From the human T2T-CHM13v2.0 reference genome, Homo sapiens, in the NCBI RefSeq assembly GCF_009914755.1, contig NC_060929.1: a stretch of DNA of 64,000 nucleotides; one strand, given 5' to 3'. Below are positions 55,714-64,000 of the stretch, piece after piece. How positions within the stretch are numbered: position 1 is the stretch's first letter; each line of letters opens with the position of its first letter. Made by a program: the position numbers and the translations under genes. The notes below the pieces were generated by a model, which saw only the letters and a program-made list of their open reading frames with translations, searched no databases and was not told where the DNA came from.

Positions 55714-56889
55714 CTAGTTTGAACTCACAGGGAAAATCAGAAATGATTGTATTTTTAATACATATAAAGCCCTTCCTACATGTTTCATTGAATACCAGAA
55801 GCACCCCTATTTGGTGGAGACCAATGGACTTTTATAACTTGTTTACAGTTTCACTGATACCCAGTAGCAAAATCAACACATCACCCGGGCTTCACAGACT
55901 CCAGATCCCTGGCTGGCGTGGAAAATCCATACCACGTAGAGTCTCTTCCTTTCACCCTTTTATGGTTTTCAAGGACCTTTGAGTAAATGTGTGTATGTGG
56001 CGGGGTTGTAGAGGGGGAGTGGGGGGCGCGCTCTGACTGTAACTGCTGCAGATCTGGCTGTAGCTGCCCCAGGTCTGAGTGTAACTGCGCTGATTCCTGA
56101 GCATCTGGATAAAGGAAGTAGGAGGCAGCGAGAATGGCCGGGAGGACCACAGTCTGGCCTGAGTGATTCTGGGTGCCAGGCTGTCTTTTGTGCTCCTACC
56201 CATCATGTGAGGTTTGCCTATGGCCTTCCACCAGACCACAGTGCAGCAGGGCAAACCCTCACCTCCAATCCACGATGGAACCTCCAGGTTTCTCAGGGGA
56301 TGCGTGTCTCTGGATGAAGGAAACCACAGAATGCTCCACTCTGTCTTATTTCAGGACCCTGAGCTCCCTGGTAACATGCCTATATTGTATGCCAGTTTAA
56401 GGGTCACATTTTAAAAGGAGCACAGCTAGATTAGGATGTGTGCTGAGGGAAGATGGGCTTGAGCTGATGGCTACATGCATTCTATGACATAGCAAAGGAG
56501 TGAGACTCTCAGAGGACCGCCCAGCGGTAATATGGTGAACTGGAGTGTAGCCAGGGAGGCTGAGGCACCTCAGCTTCCTCGGGGGAGAGACGGTGAGGAA
56601 CTAAAGATGGTGGGGTTGGGTTGGAGAAGTGTGACAAGATAGGAACCTTCTTACATCAGAAGAATACTTAGGCACAGCCATTGTGCACTAGTGTCATACT
56701 GTGTCTCTAAGCCACGCTCCACCCTGGGGGAAGGTGATAGCACCTGCCTCTCAGGCTCGTCATCAAGACTAATCCAGGTGTGTGGTGGGCACTGAAGGAA
56801 CAAGGAGGTTTTCATCTCCAGTACCACCCATGAGGGAGGCATAGCAGATGGCCACAACTGCTTTAGTTTTGGTGTTGGTGAGACAGACA

Positions 56890-57700
56890 GGAAAGCTAGA
56901 AAGGTCACTATTTGCAGATGACATAATTGCCTACCCAGAAAAAAATAACAGAATTATCAAATTACTACAACCTCTATTCCAGAAATGTTGTCAGACACAA
57001 AAATCAATAGCATCTCTTTGAACCAGCAATGGCCAATCAGAAAATTCAAATCATTCATAAGCTACAAAGACTATAAAGTATCCAGGATTAATTTTTACCA
57101 GGAACACACAGTACTGCTATGGGAAAACATTTAAAGTTCTGATACGGGACATAGAAATGAATGTGAATAAATGGGGTAATTTCTTATGTTCTTATCTGAG
57201 ACTGCTTTACATTTACAGATGTGAGTTCCCCAAAAATAAATCTATAAAATTAATGAAATCCCAATCAACATTCCAATTGGATATAAACTTAAAATTTAAT
57301 GGAAGAATAAAATCTTGTGAAGATCTAAGTTAACCTTATAAAACACGAGGCAACAGGCTGGCCCTCCTACTTATTAAGATGTCCATAATTATCCCAATAG
57401 AAACAGTGCAGGATTGACATAAGACCATTGCAAAGAGAGCTGTGGAAGAGAGTGGAGGGCACAGAGGCAGACCTTTACATGTGCAAATGTAAGTTCTAAG
57501 TATGTGAGCACCGTGGTGCTAATATCAGTAGAGAATGAATCTGTCGTTCAGCAGATGGTTCTGGGAAAAGAGACTCACTATATGGAGAAAACTAGAGCTC
57601 CTTCCTTCCTTACACCATATTCAATGGCAGATCCAAGCTAGAATAAAGACCTAATGTGGAAGGTAAAACCATACAGTTGACAGAAGATTTGGGAGCTGTG
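56890..57700 (+). mobile_element. ancient L1M ORF2 (RT region) fragment
   Basis: ctatttgcagatgacataattgcctac translates to LFADDIIAY, the L1 RT catalytic FADD motif. Further ORF2-like sequence runs to aaagacctaatgtggaaggtaaaaccata. Confidence 0.75.
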
Positions 57701-59026
57701 CAGCCTGAGAGTGGAAGCGAATACTGAATGAATGCTACCGGCACAGATCCTAGGAGGTGCAGGGCAGTGGCGTGCACATGGTGGCTGGATAGCAATGATG
57801 GTGCAGGCCATGGAGGGTTGGAGGGCGAGGGTCAGGGGGCAAGATCGAACAGCCCAGGGAAGAGCAGAACAGAAGCATTACCTGTTCACACTTCCAGGGA
57901 GTCCTTGACGCAAGCACCCAGGAAGTGGGTCAACCTGAATGATCAATTATATGGAGAAAGTGCTTTGGTAAGAGCCTATTATAAGGTCATAAATTTATTA
58001 GATAAAGTAATTGTGCAGTGTCTGACCATGCCAGCTTTAAATTCCCATTCACATAGCTAAGAATGGATCTTTCTTATAATTTACTGGAATCATAATTGAC
58101 AGAGATTCAATTATTCTTAAACACATGAACTGTAATATGGTAAAATGGTAGGTTCCTTTTTTATTCATGGGAGTATATATTTTTAATTGTCTTTTAGAAA
58201 ATCATTAGAAAGGGACAATTGAGTAACAATTACATTTTATTTTAAAGATGTAATTAAACATACGCTCTTGTGTTTGATTCCAGGTTTCTTTTGCATATTA
58301 TGCACAGTGTCTACATTAATAAAAGCCAGCACTCGGGCTGCCAGCCACCTACCTCCAGCACTCAGGGATTTTCTCAATGAGCAGCAGTGCCATTATGGGA
58401 GGCAGGCACTCAGGAGACCTCTTCTGACCTTTCCACATATGTTTATGGGAGTGATTCAAGGGCATGCATCATAAAATAAATGAGTTCTCCTCCAAGGGTG
58501 GAGGGAGAAGTAAAGTCTAGTAAGCAAATAAGGAAATCAGAGGTTCCCAAAGAAAGCCAGTGTTTGAGCTGTAGCTGATGTGAAAATCTACTGCTCATCA
58601 ATTGGTCCAACCAGTGACATCAGATAAACTCTGCCTCAGAGTTCAGCTCTTGGTCTTGGGATTTAGCAGAACCAGGCTGAAACCCTGGCTCCATGGCTCA
58701 CCCACTGCGTGACTGGAGCACAGCACTGCACCTTCACCAACGTCTCCATGCCCTTTTGTGTAGGAAGCGCTTCCTCCGGGTGGAAGGTAAATGAGAGGAA
58801 TGGAAGGTGTTGGGGCAGGGTTAACTCACAGTGCTGAGTTATTATTATTATTGCTATTTGTGTGCAAATCAATGTAAACGTAAGTCATTTACAATCAATT
58901 TGTAGAGACAAGATAAATATAAAGCCAAACTGAAGAGTTGGCTGGGATTACTTAAGGAAGAGTAACAGGTTTTAAGAAATCCACTCAACAGACAAATCAC
59001 AACACAGCATATAAGTAGGTGTTGCT

Positions 59027-59653
<627 letters not shown>

Positions 59654-60588
59654 TCATTCCTATAGCAGTGGAGGGAGCCAGCTTCATTGCCACTCTGCCT
59701 CTGGAGGTGTTTTAACAGTGCTTTGCAGGCCGTATTGGCCGAACAGTCTCCTTCATTACACATCCCGCTGAGTTCAGGGCTAAATCCATATCCGATCTAC
59801 CCACTGGTTCTGCAGGCGCACACTGAGCACTTCCATGTGCCATTAGCAGATGAAGGAGCAAGGATCCCACACCAGCTCAGCCCCAGTCCCAGTGCTGGCT
59901 TGAGCAAGGAAGTTATGCTTCCCTCTCTCACAGAGGAATCCATCATGGCAGCAGCACCGGCACAGCTAGAATTGGCTCTGCCTCCTCACCCAAGTAAGAA
60001 ACAGTGTGTGTTCCTACTTATGGCCATGTTTGTGCATAATTCTTGTTCACTCCTACACAAGGACCTTGTGCTGTGTCTCTCTCTCTACACCCAAGAGCAA
60101 TGTCACCTAAGCCTTGCCAGCTTCCAATGCTATGTTAGCGATGCTTGTGTTCTCTTGTGCTACAAGACTTGAGGGGTGAGTTCTTAGCAATTGTCCTTCA
60201 GTATAAGTAATGGGGTTTCTTCCCCCAGGCCATAGATGCTTGATCATTGGCTGCCAGTTAGTGTTAGAAATGAGCTATTAGTAGCTAAATGTTGGTATTA
60301 GATATGTAGATATTTTAGTAATAAAATCTCCACTCCCATTATGCATATTCAGAAGCGCTGATTGCAATTATTGTTAGCAATGCATGGAAACGTGCTTACA
60401 GTATTTAACGTGGTTTTAAAATACTCTGCACCCCATTTTATCATGTGCCATCTGTGTATCGAGCTGCCTGTGTGAGCACAGACACAGCCCACCGTTAATT
60501 ACCTGCATTGTTGCTCCAGCAGAAACCTCTAGTCCAAACTTTGAATGCCCATGACTGCCAGCAGAGAAGTGGTTGTGTTTAGAGTCTG

Positions 60589-60968
60589 TGTATTAGTTTG
60601 TTTACACACTGCTACAAATAACTACCTGAGACTGGGTAATTTATGAAGGAAAGAGGTTCCATGGACTCATAGCTCCACAGGGTGTACAGGAAGCGTGGCT
60701 GGGAGATCTCAGGAAACTTACAATCATGGTGGAAGGTGAAGGGGAAGCAAGCACATCTTACTATGGCGGAGCAGGAGACAGAGAGTGAAGGGGAGAAGGC
60801 TACACACTTTTCAACACCAGATCTTGTGGGAACTCAGTCACAATCATGAGAACAGCAAGGGGGAAATCTGCCTGCAAGATCCAGTACCCCCCACCAAGCC
60901 CCTTCTCCAACACTGAAGATCATAATCAACATGAGATTTGGGTGGGGACACAGAGCCAAACCTTATTA
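60589..60968 (-). mobile_element. MSTA MaLR solo LTR
   Basis: tgtattagtttgtttacacactgctacaaataactacctgagactggg ... ggggacacagagccaaaccttatta. Perfect 5-bp TSD gtctg at 60584-60588 and 60969-60973. Confidence 0.92.
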
Positions 60969-60989
60969 GTCTGTCACTGGGACACCTGC

Positions 60990-61395
60990 TCTTCCAGATT
61001 GTGCTGTTGTTCCCCATGACTTACTGCCTGTCCTTTAAGGGGATTATACTTCAACTGCTCATCTTTTCTACCCCATCCCCGTGACCACACACACAGCAGG
61101 CATGGCCAGGTGACTCGCTTTGATCAATGAAATGTCAGTGAAAATGATGCATGACATTAATGAGCAGAAGCTTTCAAAGCCAAGGCATAGTGTTTCTGTC
61201 CTCCACCCCAAGGGTAGCACATCGGGAACAGGGCTGCTCCTTCAGCCTGGAGCCCAGAAGACAAGAAAGATGTGGGGCGAGCTGCAGTCAATCTATGACT
61301 GGCATGTAATGAGTGATAAGCCTGGACATTTTCCAGCATGGAGCTGTTAGGATTGGCCCTTACTGCAGTAGAACCTCGCCAAAGCTGACAGAAGC
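60990..61395 (+). mobile_element. old MaLR LTR (MLT1I/J-like)
   Basis: ggcatggccaggtgactcgctttgatcaatgaaatgtcagtgaaaatga ... ggctgctccttcagcctgg ... ttactgcagtagaacct. Confidence 0.65.
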
Positions 61396-64000
61396 GTCTG
61401 CTTGTGAGCAAATGCAGGAGAGGGTGTTCATCCTTGGCAATGTATCCCTTTCTTGGAAATCATTCCTGCTCATCTTTGAATGTAAAAGTTACCTCCATAT
61501 ACAGGCCATGCAGGTGAAGGTTTTTGTGCTGTCAAAATAATCATTAATACTTGTTTGAGTATTTACAATATGATTCTTGCATTGATTTAAGACAAACCCT
61601 GTGAGGGTGGTACTATGATCACGGCCAGCCAACATACGAGCAGGCAGCCTGAAAGTGGCCTGGTTGGAATACATACCCCGCATTGGGTCCTGGAATTCAG
61701 ACTTGCACCTCTGTGCTCTGTTTCCTCTGATGGTACCGGCATTGCACTGCAAAAAAACCAAATGCAAGTAAAGTGTAGAAATTGGTCACCTTGCCCCAAC
61801 TAACTTCTCCCTGCAACAGGTTCTGGGAAGCAGTTGGAGACTGTGCCACAGCAAGACAGAGAAGAACACGTGCAATGTGTACACAGATGCACTTGAGCCT
61901 CAACGCAGTGCTGGTAATGAATTGTGTTGCTGCATTTTCATACCACCTCTTTGTTCTACGCTTTTGGAAGATATCTAGGAAGGAAACCTCGGACAAGAGG
62001 AAAAAAGGGGTGTTCTCCCTATACGGCCCTGTGGGAGGCTCTGCTGCTTTCTGAGGGCCACCTTCTGGATTGTTCCTTCATACCCTCACCAACAACCTGG
62101 ATTTATGGAATCGCCCAGGGCAGGAGGAGAGCAGAGACTTGACCATGGGCACCATGAGGGGCCACACAGAATACATGATGTCATTTTTTAAAAATTAAGA
62201 ATAATTAATATATAAAATTTTTCTTGATGAAATTGTTTTTACATTTTATTGTTACAGCAAAAAGGTAGTCAAGAGTATTTTGGTAATTCAAATGAATGAT
62301 GGCATTCTTCACCTTGTATGTTTTTATTCAAGGCAGTAAGTCCTTTTTGCAGTTAATGCTGCAGAAGCATTTAAGTGTGCTATCTTTGTGTTTTTCAATA
62401 TACACTCAGTGTAAAAAATGCACTCAACACTTACTATTTTCAACTAATAACAGATTTATTGTGTTTGTGTTTTAACCAATAGCAATAAAATCGACGCTAT
62501 AAAATATTACTGTATTTTTGTCTTTAAAGCTTACCACAAATGATAATTTTAAAAACACAATGTCATTACATATATAAATTTGGGGTTTTTTGGGCAAGAA
62601 TGTGAATTTCTGTTTTTACTGTAGGAGAATCTAAGTTCTTTGGTACACTGAATGTGGGGCTTCAGAAGACAAGAGAAGCTGAGCACACCTGTTTCAGCAG
62701 GTGGTGACTGTTTCGTTGTCTTTCCTCAAGCTTGCACAGTTGCTGTACATGAAACAAAGATCCCCATCTCTCCACGACTGCCCACGTGAAGTCCACTGTT
62801 GGCGGCTTGTCACCGCAGTGCAGGGAGGCAACTGTACTGGTATGATGGGTGCTCATGATCTGTCTTTCCACCAAAGCCTTTGAGTGACAAATCAATGACT
62901 ACAAAGGTAAACAAACCAGCTGGATGAGGGAAGCTTCTTCAGGTGTCCGGCCTTCAGAGACCCAGTTCTCGTAGCTTGTCTAGGCCAATACTGGCTCTGT
63001 TACCACTGATCAGCTGAAATGGGGCTAATGGGGTAAGCCAGGTACATTTACACTTGTTTGGCGGCTTTGGAAAACAAAAAAATGGAACCATGATTCCATG
63101 CTCTATGGTTCGTCTCGGTTTGAACCCGTTGAAGAGAAGCACATAGCCTGGGCACATCGCAACAAGCCATAGTAAAAGAGGTTCCATTGCAGCAAGCACC
63201 GCCACAGCAACAGTCTGGGTTGCAGAGGTCTGCTCAGACATCACAGGATTTCCTGTTCTCACCCACCAGCCCTGGAAGCAGGTGGATTAGGAAGCGGAAG
63301 ACTCAGAACTTACAGATGAGGAAAGTGCTGTGCACGGCTGCTGCTGTGCTTGTCCCAGGTACCCAGCAAGAATCAGGGGCAGAACCACCAGCTTCCTGTT
63401 TGTTCCTCATCCACCCTGCAGTGTGTGTATGTGTGTGTGTGTGCTTGAGTACGGCTGTGTGAAAAGACTTGTGTTAAGCCATGTAGGACTATGAAACAAA
63501 AATACAAGTTGAGAGATTTAGAATCTAATAGTAAGCACAACAATTACATACCCTAGATCAGGACCCAAAGGCAAACAAAAACATTAGTAAAATGTGCCTG
63601 TTATCTTGCTTCTCTTTCCCAACCCTTTCTCAATTTACACTAAGGTTTAGAACCAGAAACCTGTGTGTCTCTCTCAGAATCAAAATTGGGTATGGAGATG
63701 ACATCATTTTTTTCTGTTAAAGTGCCATGGACTTTAGAAGATCACTGACCCCCAAAATACTATAAACTCCAACCAAACTCATTTAAAATTACTCTTGATG
63801 CTGGTAAGAACCATCTGAGAAACAGAATAAAACCCGTACTGCTTCATATCTTCTGCTCACACCAAAATGTAATGATGCTTTCAGATTTTAGCCAGAAAAT
63901 GACTTAAAAATAAATATTTCTATTTTATGCTCAAGGAATTATTCCCAGCAGTGAGCAAAATTTTCAAAGAATGAACCTCTGGAATGTACTTATCCAATCA

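Overview
This is primate genomic DNA, not prokaryotic. AluY, an AluYd-type copy and LTR12 point to a catarrhine, probably hominoid or human, source. The window appears intronic or intergenic: I recognise no protein-coding exon, RNA gene or CRISPR-like array, and the six-frame ORFs are Alu-, L1- or repeat-derived or chance ORFs. It holds 14 Alus, several L1 fragments, MaLR and ERVL LTRs, a solo LTR12, two Tigger-family MITEs, MIR and L2 relics, and simple repeats. Repeat subfamily names come from recalled consensus sequences and need RepeatMasker/Dfam confirmation. Four observations stand out. (1) A two-part templated insertion (direct plus inverted) was copied from an MLT1C LTR into a THE1D LTR about 1 kb away. 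(2) A ~1 kb degenerate (GCCACA)n array with higher-order duplications reads as an Ala/Thr/Val/Pro mucin-like frame broken by three identical 1-nt deletions, and starts right after an acceptor-like pyrimidine tract. (3) An old L1MA has a clear twin-priming 5' inversion. (4) Two Alus lie head-to-head only 40 bp apart. I found no convincing new biological system.
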